From NCBI GenBank assembly GCA_951406725.2, contig OX597814.1:181474001-181538000 (forward strand): 64,000 nt of DNA, written 5' to 3'. Below, one piece after another: positions 1 to 14,000 of the stretch. Source of the DNA: Octopus vulgaris. Taxonomy: Eukaryota. Position numbers and translations under genes: made by a program. Under the pieces are notes generated by a model. The model made no database searches, was not told the origin of the DNA, and was given only the letters and a program-made list of their open reading frames with translations. The first letter of the stretch is position 1; every line of letters begins with the position of its first letter.

Positions 1-319
1 CCAATACATTTTTATTAACTGGTTGTTATTTTATTAATACTGGAAGAGTGAGCAGTAAAGATAACCTAGGCAGGATTTGAAATTAGCCAATCAATACATG
101 CATTCACCAATCTATTCATCCATATATACATATCCAACAGGTTTCTGCAAAGTTTTCATCAATCAGATTTTATTCACAAGGTCAACTTGAAGCTATGGTA
201 GAAGACACTTATCCAATGTGACACATAGTGAAATCAAAATTAGAACAATGTGTTTATTAAGCACTCAACTTCTACATTATAGGCCATAAATGTACAGAAA
301 TATGCAAACATACATATAC

Positions 320-1135
320 ACTAGTATATCTAAATTTCTTGTATAAACATGCCCTATTTCTTTATAACAAAATTCTGAATTATTACAATTACAATCTCCT
401 AGATATATTTTTTTTAAACTTTCGAGACTGACTTTTGATAGGAGCTTGTTATAATTAAATAAGGTACTACTTATCTTCTTACCAAGCTTATAACAAATTT
501 TGACATTTATATGTCTAAAATTTTCTGGCAAAAGTTTTTTTTTTTTTTTTTTTCTAATTACATTATCTAAATTAACATCAATGAAATTACTAACATAGTA
601 TCTTTAAATACTCAACTTTAACATTATTGGCTTTCACTTCAGCCATTTTCATTAACCAATTACAAAAACTATCCACTAAAAAACTAACTTCAAATAACTC
701 TCTATGGCATATATTTATTATTTCTTTAAGTTCTGCATAAGAACACTCTCTTAACATTATATATCAACCATAATATTCTTTCTTTATATATAAATCATTA
801 AGTTTATCCCAAATCAATGAAGCATCTTTTCTAACCTTATTTCTGTTCTTAATCCTACGTCCATGGCTATGTTTCCTTCTAATCACTGGTTATGAGAAAT
901 ATATTCCTCCTGTATCAGTATTACTAGATGTTCCCTACACCTAAAATTTTATCATTAAGGCCTAGAGGGTATCTGCTACATAATACCTTAATCCCAAACC
1001 ACTCTTCTTCTAAAAGTTTCTGTCTAATATTATCCATACTGCTATTTATTTGACCAATTATTTGAAGCTTATTGTTTTTAAACCCTAAGCTATGCTCTCT
1101 AAAGTGTTCATAAATTTTGACAATGTTCTCTTAAT
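320..1135 (-). mobile_element. Decayed Penelope-like retroelement fragment (GIY-YIG endonuclease C-terminus plus linker; Naiad/Chlamys-like order)
   Basis: The minus strand reads KIYEHFREH...LQII...LLEEEWFGIKVLCSRYPLGLNDKILGVGNI, then RRKHSHGRR after a frameshift, then CNCNNSEFCYKEIGHVYTRNLDIL. Stops and frameshifts are present. Confidence 0.65.
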
Positions 1136-1951
1136 TTTTCTCTACCAAATCCATTCATGAAGCTTTGGTCAACCCAGACCTATATTATATTTGGGACTGA
1201 ACCCAAAACCACATGGTTAGGAATCAAATCTCTTAACTACGTAGCCATGCTTGTATCAGGCCTTATTTTTAAAATTCTAAAAAGACTAATATATTACCTG
1301 AAAAGACTAATATATTTACAATTTTTATTTCAAATGGCTTTACATACATTTTTGTTATTCAAAACAAATAAGTTTAATGCCAGGCTTCTAACAAGAAAGA
1401 TTGTAAAGTTCTTTTGAACTGAATGTTAATCAGAAAAAAAAACATTCTTTTTTGTTCTATAGATTTAGTCTACATTTAAAGTTCCAAATACACATTGAAA
1501 TGTAAAGGGCAAACATTTTCACAAAACCTCCTTCAATGCTACTCCACCACACAATTGAGGAATCTTGTCTTGCATGTAATTTGGTGACTTTGTTGGTACT
1601 AGTGTTGTATAAAAAGCAAACAGTACACTCTGTAAAGTGGTTGGTGTTAGGAAGGGCATCCATCTGTAGAAATCCTGTCAAAGCAGACAGTGAAGCATAA
1701 AGTCCTCTGGATTGCCAGCTTCTATCAAACTCTCTAACCTATGCCAGCATTGAAAATGCATGTTAAATGATGATGGTGATGATGAGATTCCTGAGATTCG
1801 CCAACACTACACCTGATTTTCTCCCCTCCATACACACGTAAGCATGTATCTGACTCATACACTGTTCACTTCCCAGACGTTTGTACATTACTGCATATGC
1901 TTTATATGCACTTTAGACAACTGGTGCACCTGAGCACTGTATACAATAATT

Positions 1952-1988
<37 letters not shown>

Positions 1989-2007
1989 ATGATGATGAAA
2001 CACATAC

Positions 2008-2109
2008 CTTATCAACAGTGAACTCAGAACATCCATAATCAATCAATATATTTGACATTTCATTATCTTCAGGCATTCCGTGTGCATAATGAAGAGCAGT
2101 TCGATAAAA
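2008..2109 (-). CDS. Ankyrin gene exon: [34 protein letters not shown]
   Basis: ttttttttccccccgccag|TTT ... AAG|gtatgt; 102 nt; TALHYA ankyrin motif; no stop codon, so the gene continues beyond position 1. Confidence 0.92.
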
Positions 2110-3364
2110 CTGGCGGGGGAAAAAAAGGAAATTACAATGCAAATACAAAATGAATTTAAAAATAAAATATTGTTAGAAACTGTGATGTGATAAATCCTTC
2201 ACAAACACAAATATAGGAAGTATATTTGCCACTTAAATGTGGCTAACCACTAAGGGTAGATGCTACTGTAGCTTGTAGCCCCAGGAGAACATCTCCAGCT
2301 GGCTATTGACACACTTTCTGTGCCCAGCCAGAAAGTGTGTCAAAAGCCAGCTGGAGATGTTCTCCTGGGGCTACAAGCTACAGTAGCATCTACCCTTAGT
2401 GGTTAGCCACATTTAAGTGGCAAATATACTTCACATTGTTGTGCAGCTACTGTTTATACCTCGTTCAGAGATTTATTATTACAAATATAGGAATCAGCTG
2501 TAAAGTTTATTAGATATTAAATTATTCACAGCCAGGACAATGTCAATCAATAACTGATAATTGGGTTGAAGATGCAGACTAACTATGTGTTCAAAAGGGA
2601 ATTTAATTACAAAAGGTATTTTAGAAATTCATAGAGACAAGAGAAAAATGCATTTAGTATATTATTAACTGCTTATGCATTAAAAACTGCTCTGGTCAGA
2701 TAATTTGAAAGAAAGAGAAAATGGGTAAAAATTAATTAGTAACATACTAAGAAGTATACTAACCTGGTCTCTTAAAGAGTCAAGACTTAGCTTATTTTTA
2801 TAAACAAGGGTGTGAACTAATGTCCTTACAATTGGGACATAACATCTAAGAACTGCCTTGTGAAGTACAGGTTGACCATCGCCCTAGAGAAAGCAGAAGA
2901 TTTCATATGGATTATTAATCATCGAGATAAAGAATAAATAAATGTTAAAGGAAAATTATATGACATCATAGAACATATGAACCAATAATTCTAGAGTTCT
3001 AAGTGGTTTATGTGCTTCAACACTGCATAAAAACATTTTTGAAGATGATTAGACATACTTCCTTATAAAGAATAAACAAATGTTTCAACATTTTCAGTCA
3101 CATTCCTTTACACACACACATTTTATTTGCATATAAATTTTTAAAAAAACCATATATACATACATCGTATGCTTTACATTTAACCTACTCAATCCTACCC
3201 TCTCTTTTATTTCATGATTCATGTACTCGTGCTTCATACTTTTTTGTTGTACACGTTTCATGACGTCCTGTGCCCACATATGCATATATACATATATACG
3301 TATAAATGTAAGTATGTACACATAGGTATGTATATATGCATATATGTATATTATTTATATTATT

Positions 3365-3396
<32 letters not shown>

Positions 3397-4970
3397 TATA
3401 TATATATCACCATCATCATCATTTCAGAACTACAACAATTTACAAGGCATGTTTAGATGAAATTTACACTTCTTTTGTATAATGTGTACATTGTAAATAG
3501 TCATGGAGAAAAACAGATATGCAAAATTTGTTGGGTATTGCATTGAAAGAAACTTTGGTTTACCTTGTATCTGGCACCAGCAAGGCAAGGTTCAAATGCA
3601 GAAAGTTCTGGGTCATTAGTAATTAAGTTGTTAGTTACTTCCTCCACATTTCCTTCAACAACAGCAGTAACAAATAATTTGATTTTCTCCTGCAATAAAT
3701 ATAATCAGTCACCTGTTAAAGTAGCATTTCTTCACAGTAACATCTATCATGTCTTTTCAAACACACAGGCATGTAATTTTTTTATTTTTACAAATACATA
3801 ATAATGGTATTTTTTGACAAAGCACATGACACAATTTAAAGATGATTATAGATGATTTAGATTCATCATCATCATCGTTTAACGTCTGCTTTCCATGCTA
3901 GCATGGGTTGGATGATTTTTGACTGAGGACTGGAGAATTAGATGACTGCACCAGGCTCCAATCTGATCTGACAGTTTCTACAGCTGGATGCCCTTCCTTA
4001 CGCCAACCACTCTGAGAGTGTAGTGAGTGCTTTTACGTGCCACTGGCATGAGGGCCAGTCAGGCAGTACTGTCAATGGCCATGCTCAAATGGTGTTTTTT
4101 ATGTGCCACCTGCACAGGAGCCAGTCCAGCGGCACTGGCAACAACCTCGCTCAAATGTTTTTTCACATGCCACCAGCACAAGTGCCAGTAAGGCGATGCT
4201 TGTAACGATCACACTCGAATGGTGCTTTTTACGTGCCACCGGCACGAAAGCCAGTTAGCTGCTCTGGTAACGATCACACCCAGATAATGCTCTTAGCACT
4301 CCACCAGTCATCGAATTTGATTTCGATTTCACTTGCCTCAACAAGTCTTCACAAGCAGAGTTTAGTGTCCAATAAAGGAAAGGTACACATAAGTGGGCTG
4401 GTTACACCCATGGCATAAGCCACAAGATTATGGTCTCATTTGGCTTGCCAGGTCTTCTCAAGCACAGCATATTTCCAAAGGTCTGAGTCACTAGTCATTG
4501 CCTTGGTGAGGAGTCATTCTCAGAATATTGGTTTCGTTTGGCACAAGGCTAGCAAGTTTGGGAAAGTGGGTTTATTACATCAACCCCAGTGCTTACTTGC
4601 TACTTATTCTATTGACACTGAAAGGATGAAAGACAAAGTCAACCACGGCAAAATATGAACTCAGAACACAAAGATGGACAAAATTCCACTAAGCTTTTCT
4701 GCCTGGTGTACTAATAATTCTGCCGGCACTGTATTAATTGACACAGAATACTTCTTGTACGTATTTTGTCGACCTTGAAACAGAAAAATTATGGATAATT
4801 TTCAATATTCAGAAAACTTACCTGATATCTGCTAAAATTTTGAAAGGCTGAGTTATTTGGAGTAGGGGATTTCTGAGAAAGACTAGATGAATCTTCACTT
4901 TCTTCTGAAGGATTGTTCTGGAGGAAAAGACATGAATATTCAAGTACATAATACATAATGATAATAATAA

Positions 4971-5014
<44 letters not shown>

Positions 5015-8000
5015 TAATAATAATAATAATTATTATTATTATTATTATTATTATTAAACTACTGGATTAAAATCAACACTAATCACAAATGTAGCTCTCA
5101 GAAAGTATGTGAATATGTATATTAGTATGTACAAATGTGTGTGTTTGTGTGTGTGTGTATCATCATCATCATCGTTTAATGATCACGTTTGAATGGTGCT
5201 TTTATGTGCCACTGGTACAGGAAGCCTTCAGGCAGCACTGGCAACTACCCATGTATGAATGGTGCTTATTGTGTGCCACCAGCATGGGAGCCAGTCAGGC
5301 AGCAATGGCATTGGCCACAATTACAATTTCCATTTTGGTTTTGATTTGATTGAGATTCTGACTGAGATTTTGATTTTACTTGACTCAATAGGTCTCCTCG
5401 AGTACGGCATGTCGCCCAATGATTCAAAGGTACTTTTTAAATAGGCCGGTCATGCGACACTGGTATAGGTCACAGCTGTGATCTCACTTTACTTGCAGAG
5501 TCCTCTCAATCACTGTTACCTTCCCAGAAGATTTTATACCTATGTGCCTAGCCTGTGAGGACCCTGGCTAAAGCTCCCCTCTTGTATGCAGCATACATCA
5601 ACACGTCTCCATTCAAGCATCTCTACAATCTCACTAGACCTACCTTTCAATGTGCCTACATTGACATTGCCAACTCTAAAAACTGGGAGAGGAATTTGGG
5701 AGGAAACCTGGGAAAGGGAGATGTTATTCAGTGCCTGAAAAGAAGGTTTCCATGTTTGTCTGATATACATGTTACACCTGTTCTCACTTTTGATCTGTCA
5801 TCATTCAAACATTCAAGCATGTCAATATTGTTGCCCCTACTGGAGGTAGGAGTAAGTGTTAGTGGTGTTGTAAGTATAAGTGTTATGAACATCGTAAATT
5901 TAAGCATTACTGGTGCTGCAGATATAAGTATAGATAAATAAAAGCAAATATCAATATCAATATGCCAATGTTAGATTAAGTAGGTGGGCTGCTAAACTAG
6001 TTGCATTTGTCCCAGGAGAAAGAGGAGGAGAGGAGGGAGGTGAAATTGCAGACATGGTAGAGGATACTGCCAATGAGGGAAGGGGTTTCCGGTGAGTGAA
6101 GAGAGATATCCAGTATTGGTGGTGGGGGTAGGAATAGGCAGGTGCACTGTGAACAAGCAAGGGTTATTTAAGAGATAGTACAAAAAACATGTAGCCAACA
6201 TGGAAACACAGAAGGAAAGGAGAGCTAAGGGTATTAGAGAGATTTCATTTGGAAATTACATGAAGAATTAAGGAGAAGACAAAGGCTGAGAGAGAGAGAT
6301 TAGGAAGTTATATATCGAAGAGTCAATTTAAATAATTAGTTACGAAAGTACATATTAGTAAATAATGCATATTAATAATGAATGAATGAATGAAACAATC
6401 ATAAAAACAAGAGAATATCTTAGCTTTGCAGTGCATAACTGGGTACCAATAGATACCAACACTTGAATGAGTTGCATGAAAATCTGAGAGGGGAAACATG
6501 TGAGAAAGATATTTTTATATATATGCTACGACCAGAAGTGGACATTATGAATGGGTATTTTCACCTTGGGCAGTAGAGAATAGCAGAGAATAGCACAAGA
6601 AGCCATAGCCAAAGGAAGGATTAAGAGATAATACGAAAAATATTTAACAAACACGAAACACAGAGGAGGAAAAAAAATTGGGGGGCAAGGGTTATTTAAG
6701 ACATAGTATGAAAAAATATGCAACCAATTTAGAAACACAGGAGGAAAGGAGAACTAAGGGTATTAGAGAGATTTCATTTGGAAATTACATGAAGAATTAA
6801 GGAGAAAACTAAGGCTGAGAGAGAGAGAGATTAGGAAGTTATATATTGAAGGGTCAATTTAAATAATGTATGCTCAAACAGGTATGTGTATATTAAGATA
6901 TTTAAGAAGAGAGATTAAGTGGTTTTGTAAATTAGGGGAAATCTGCCACAGTAAATATTTTACAGTTGGTTGGCAGGGTTCAGCAATAGACAATACATGA
7001 AACAGTTGTTGATTTAGGTAGGGCAAGTGTGTAGTTGGAAACTTTGAAGGACATAAGAATGGATTAGATAAAGTGGGGATATAAATCATAGTTGGACTAA
7101 TACTTGCAGAGTGTTGGTGAGTAAAAACAGCTTTGTGACCTAGCTAGCTTACAGCTTATTGAAGTGTGTTAAATAATGATGTAAAAACCTACCTCCAATG
7201 GCATCACAAAGTAGCGGTAGTCATGTAATGCTAACAACTTGAAGTTGGCATCATTTTTACTTTCGAAACACCACCGAAACACAGTCTGGAAAAATATAAA
7301 AATAGGATTGTCTGAAAAAGAGAGAATGCTTTACAAACATCACAAACTGTGGCACTATTTTTAGGTGTCATATTTTGCTTTTGCATCCACTTCTTCTATG
7401 TGTCAGGCAAGACTTCTTGAGGCATTGTTCTATGGCATTTCCTGATGCCAACTTTTACTTGTCTTTACATGCTTTTACTGAGGTTTCAAATATATTATGT
7501 GGGAAACAAACAACATTGCAGCATCCCAATCAATATTAATGTGAAAACACATGAAAAAACATGCATACATACACATACATATTCTGGACAATTTCCATTT
7601 ACTGAGTTTCTTTTACAATGCAATAGAAGATATTTATCCAACAGGTCACACATAGGGTATGAAATTTTATAGCAAATACACAGCTTATGGCAATTATTGG
7701 ATAGTTTTAAGAACATCTGATGACTAGTTAAGAGACATAAAATTATAAATCATGGAACAGTAGTTAATTACAAAACTGCAACACAGTATATATATACATA
7801 TACATATAGAAAAATTAAGTTAGAGGTTATGCAACCATCTAAGGGATAAATGTATCCATAGGTTAACAGTAGTTGGTAATTTAAATGGTAAACCGTAGTT
7901 TAATATATTCAGATAAAAAAAGAAATAGAGCAACAATTAACAATTATACAAACATATACACACACACAAAAATAAATCTTGGTGGTGGGAATTATCTGTT

Positions 8001-11000
8001 CAAGGGAACATGGTAAAACTACACAAAATGTATTGCTCAAAGAATTACTACTGAATACAAATATGTTTTGTTAAAAAGAGTGTAGGCAACCTTATTTGAA
8101 TCCAGTGTTGTCATGTTTTAATGAGTCATCTAGAGCTATCTCCCCTGTCACATCATTAATAACCAGGTGGCGCTCTTATCCCGGATCGGAATAAATACTT
8201 CATGTACATGAAGTCTTCGAAAATTCTTACGAGTTGTTGTTGTTCCTCACTGGATTAATTCCTACAGCTATTGAAGGATGACCGAACATTATAGTAAATT
8301 AGTGGGCTAAAAGCTCTCTAAAAGAGTGAGTCCAACAAAAGATGTTTCATTTCATTCTTGTATGAGACAAATGCCAATATTGCTGGACTCACTGGTTTAA
8401 TTAAACATATATTGGCTTGTTTCATTTAGCATCTGTTTTCTTATGCTAGCATAGTTCAGAAGCTCTTCTTACTGCCAATTCTTATTTTTATATGATTTTT
8501 AAGTAAGGGATTTTTTTTTTTATCTCAGAAGAATTAGAAAGTGCAGAGATAGCAGATAAATTGTTGACAGGAAATGTCAACAATTATCACTGTAATCATA
8601 GCTCAGTGTAGTTTGTAAACATTTACACACACACACACGTGTGTGCATCTGAGAATGTGTAGTGTCGTGTTTGTGTGTATGCTTCATGCAAATTAATTCC
8701 TAATAAATATGTCTCAGAGTGATACAAGGTTATACAACTGTAGAGAAGAGCTATACTGGATTGAACTGACAATAGTATGTGATTGATACTAATTTTAGTA
8801 ACTCCTCAAGAATAATATGCAAAGTCATACTCAGAAAGATTTGCCCTCAGGTTGTATTTCAGCGCATGTTCTAAGATTACATAAAAAGAAAAATGGAATA
8901 TATTTATTTAATTTCAGGACGTAGAAAATATTTCAAAGAAAAATATAATTACCCTATCAATTACTTCAACAACATCTGTAGCGTCACATTCAGCAGCATA
9001 TTCCCGACTGTTCAGGTTAAACTGAGAAAATATAACAATTACTTCAGTTAAAAAACTACAAATGAAAAATAAGTCATTTTGTATTTTCATTAAAAAGTTA
9101 GTATAAAATGTTAACTTAAAACATCCAGTGACTGAAGAATTACCATAAATCATCAAGTATAGTCCGCCCTTGAGTATAATATGCAGGGGATTTTTAGGGG
9201 GCTGTACCTCTGAAAAACCTAAACCTTGTGTATAATACGCACCCCTTCTCTAACTTAAGTTAAGGAGGTCTATATAACGTCCTCGGTTTGTAAAAATGTA
9301 TATGGTAATGTCCTTTATTATTATTGTATATATAACAAATGTATATATGCAAACGTGTAGCTTTTTTGTGCATTTTGTTTGCAGAAAATAAAGAAATAAC
9401 AGTAATAACGTTTAGTAAATGTTGCTAACTGCAAGTTATGGATGATTTAAGTTATTTTCGTGACTGACATCACAAAATGAGTCTGAATAAACATTGCCGG
9501 ACAGCAAATAGAGACTTGGACATTGCTTAGAAAATAATTTTCATTTTTAACCTCGTATTTAGTACGCACTAGGGATTTTAACTTTCAAATTTTGGGAAAA
9601 AAATGCGGATTATACTTGAGGATTTATGGTAGTTACACAACATACTGGCATGGCATTGGTTACGATGACAAGTGTTCCAGTTGATCTGATCAATGGAATA
9701 GCCTGAGCATAAGATTAACGTGGAATTGGTTGAGCACTCCATAGACATGCGTAACCTTAACGCAATTCTCAGGGAGATTCAGCATGACACAGAATGGGAC
9801 AAGGCTGGCTCTTTAGGGCACAATGCACTGCCAGGAATCGAACTCATGAACTTACAATCATGAGCTGAATATCCTAACCACTAAGCCACATGCCTCCACA
9901 GTTACGCAGCAAGGAACTGGATAAGAGATATGGGTCAGGTATACATGAGTATTTTTCTCAGTCATTCTATGTTCATTCACAAAACTCCTACATACTTCAC
10001 TAGTCATTCTAAAATCTGCAGTAAAGACTACACAACACTAAAGAGATCCAAATAGATCAAAACAGGTGGAGTTGTCAACATATTGCCAAAGTCACATTCA
10101 CTTCCCAATTGCATTCCTTATTTAATTAAAATTTCAAGTTTTCTCCCCTGTATTTTTCTTTTTGTGATGGAATTTATGATTCTGAAAATTGTTCTCATCC
10201 ATCAATTGAGATGAGAATATATTTGATTATTTTATATAATATATATCAAATATATTTGAATATTTAATCAAATATATTATTTGATTTGGTTTGTTCTATA
10301 ATGTATGTCAATGCCCACTTTACTTTTCAGTTTTCCTGGAGTAGACACTGACAGGTACTTGTTACTACTCATTCATCCATACAGTTTACAACTGCTTAAT
10401 TTAGGTCTAACAACAAACCTAGGACTATAGTCAACTCCTAAATGAAGACACCTGGTTGTAATTTATATTGAAGTAGGAGTATTGCTTATAGTAAAACATC
10501 AGATCTCTGAATATCACTGCATCCAGTTGCTTTATATCAGAACAATATGCAGTTAAGATAGGATAGTTCAGAATATTGTGGTTGTTGTTGCTATTCTTAA
10601 TTGACAAAAATTACCTTATTCTATAAATAACCTGGTTTGATTACTTAAGCATAGAAATTTTTCTTAATTCTTTCATTACCAACCCGGCTGAAACCGGCTC
10701 TGGCTTTGAATACAAATGTTTTGTTTTCATAAGGTTTGAATTAAAATCTTCCACCAAACCTTATTCAGAATTTATATTCCTAACACTGGCTGAATGATAA
10801 CCAAGTTATTTTACTAAATCCTTTGTTATATTTAAAGTAATTGAAAGGAACACAGAGCATCTCTAAATGAATACAGTAATGAAAGGGTTAAATATAAATT
10901 CAATAACAAAGATTATTTTCAGGATCTAATTTCCAATTCACAAAGTAGCGTTAATCAAGAAAAACAGGAAAATAAGGTATGTAGTAGTGAAAGATAATTT

Positions 11001-14000
11001 TAAAATAAAAAATTATATAAAAAAACTCAAATCCTTTACCTTATTTTTAGCAGTAATTAAGTTGGCACAACCTTTTTTAAGAATCACTTCAACAATCTCC
11101 TTTGGCACTAGGTAATCAATACAATGTAAGATCACATTTTGTCCCTGAAAAACAAATACATTAATTTATAACATGGACACAAGGTCACATACATTGGGGA
11201 GGTTTATAGTCGATTATATCAATACTTGTACTTCACCGATATGCATTGTATTGACCTCAAAAGGATGAAAGGCAAAGTGGTATCCACTGGGATTTGAACT
11301 CAATCATAAAGAAGCTATGACCAAATACTGTGAGGCATTTTGTTCAATATTTTACTGATTCTGTCAATCCACCACACTCACTCAAGGGCTGCCCTGGGTG
11401 ACACTCACTCAAGGGCTGCCCTGGATGGCACACACTCAAGGGCTGCCCTGGGTGGCACACACTCTAACTACACCACTGTTGCTTCCACTTTAAATAACAA
11501 ACACATTCGACAAGATTCTTTCAAAACTTTACTACTTCCCTTTACTTCTCTCATAGCTATGGACATATATGAACTAACTGTCAAAACATCTCTGGGAGCT
11601 TCAAAATGTCAAGGTTATCAACCCTGACAATATCTCTTCTATTAGCCTCAAATGTTACACACATGAACTAGTTCCTCCCTCATCAAACTCTGCAGTTTTT
11701 CTTTCACAGCAAAAATTCACTCCAATCTCTTGAGGTATATCACAGTCTATCCAACCCCAAGCAGGCCAATCTTTTTGAACTTGCCAATACACTACAATAC
11801 CTGGTTAATAGATGCTCTATCTTCTCCCTCTGTTTGCTTATTGTGTCACTATTACAACAACCTCTGTTATCTTGAAGTAGCTTGTTTCACATCACCACTA
11901 CCCAGGCAAATCTAATAGGCCTGTCTCTGCTTCTCTCATCAATCTTATGGAATTCCATTCCCATGTTTTTTTTTCTTGTATTAAGCTTCAAGATGTCTCC
12001 AAGCTGAGGGTAACTTCCTCCCTTTATCAAACCAGCTTTGAAGGCCCCAAAAGAGATATGTGCACTGCCATCGTCTTCTGACTAAACAAAAACAAAAATT
12101 TCCCTATACGAAAATAATGAGATATTTGTTCCACTTACACGATAGAATAGTTTAGACAAATTTTCAGGTCTATTTGGTATAGTTTTTTCAATCAATTCAG
12201 GAGATATAGGAGAAGTAGAGCAGTTCATGAGGACAGCAAAGAGCAGAGGAATATCAAACTGAAAGATAAAGTATTCAAAATAACAGATTAGCACTTCCAC
12301 CATATTGTTCTTTTGTAAGCACAACTGCAGTAGTTGGTGTTGTTTCACCCCAAGTCAACCCTGGTCAAAGACACTCAGGCTATGATCATCCTATCTTATT
12401 TTCAAATACAGTGTATCGAGCAGTCCAGTATTCTATCTATCACTCCTGGTTACTATTTCTAGCAGATCAAATAACTACATTGCCTAAAAGGTCAATAGTT
12501 GTTTCTAAGCTGCAAGTCAGAACAGATTTATGATTGAGCAAAATTCCAGAGTGGTCACTGCTAGAATGCCTTTGAATATCAAAAACATTTCTTATTCCAC
12601 TGGTCTTCATATATAATGGAAATGCTGATCTATGGGTCATATGTTTTTTTGTTCAAACTGTGACAATATGAAGACACACACATATACATGACAGGCTTCC
12701 ATATAGTTTCCATCTACTTGATTTCACTTATAAGGCACTGATCAGCTAGGAGTTAGAGTAGAAAACATTTGCCCAAAGTGCCATGCAGTTTGATGGAACC
12801 CAAAACCATTTGGTTGCAAAGCAGGCTTCTTAACCACATAGCCATGCCTGTGCCTTATACTCATCACCATCATCGTCTAACTTCCGCTTTCCATGCTGGC
12901 ATGGGTTGGATGAGTTGACTGTGGTCTGGCGAACCAGATGGTTGCACCAGTCTCCAATCTAATCTGGCAGAGTTTCTACAGCTGGATGCCCTTCCTAATG
13001 CCAACCACTCTGAGAATGTAGAGGGTGCTTTTATGTGTCACTGGCACGAGGGCCAGTCAGGTGGTACTGGCAACAGCCACGTTCAAATGGTGCTTTTTAT
13101 GTGCCACCTGCACAGGAGCCAGTTCAGTGGTACTGGCAATGACCTCGCTCGAACTAATTATTATTGCTGATAGAGAAAGTAAATGGTCACTAACTGTACT
13201 GTTTTATACTATACACTTATGCTTCAGTGTTCTTTGTTTATATCATGTCAGAGTCAAAAGAATATGTAAATATGTGATCAATTATATCAGCTATCTATAA
13301 ATAGTCCTCTTAATTCATATGTTCCGTTTTCATACTCCTCACACTTAGAAAGTCTGATGAGTATGAAATTTGAAAAGAATAGATGAATTTTGATGTCTTC
13401 TTGTATACATATACGAAACTACTATTTTGTTCTACAAGAAAAGAAAAATTTGACAGATATGAATCATGAAGACTGCCTGTACTCTCCCCAAATAAATTTT
13501 GTTTTATCCTTAGACAAGAGAAGTCATATTTTATGACTAGTATTATCTGGATCTAGATTTTATATTTAATTTTACTTTTATTGTATCAACAAATAAAGAA
13601 AGGAAAGATTCATGATCTTTTTACAGGACTGCTAACATTTATGGGGAAAAGAAAGAAGGAAGCACAATGTGTGAGTTTCAAGACCAGTGGATGATTTGTT
13701 GACAGGAAAAATGACATCTTTGCTTGTAGTTTAGCAACTTTTGAAGAAATACAAATGTAAACAAACACAGATACACATACATGTGTGTACCGTAAATCCT
13801 CGAGTATAGTCTGCCCTTGAGTATAATACGCAGGGGATTTTTAGGGGGCTGTACCTCTGAAAAACCTAAACCTTGGGTATAACATGCACTCCTTCTCTAA
13901 CTTGAGTCAAGGAGGTCTATATAACATCCTTGGTTTGTAAAAATGTATACAGTAACGTCCTTTATTATTATTGTATATATATCACAATGCAAATGTGTAG

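Noticed and set aside
8091-8270. Possible extra minus-strand exon ending AAG|gttgcc
   Set aside because: The donor is weak, I found no convincing acceptor with an open phase-0 frame, and the flanking exons join sensibly without it.
11374-11464. Short direct-repeat array resembling CRISPR or a repeat protein (THSRAALG)
   Set aside because: The units are contiguous with no unique spacers, there are no cas genes, and the context is a eukaryotic intron. It is a minisatellite.
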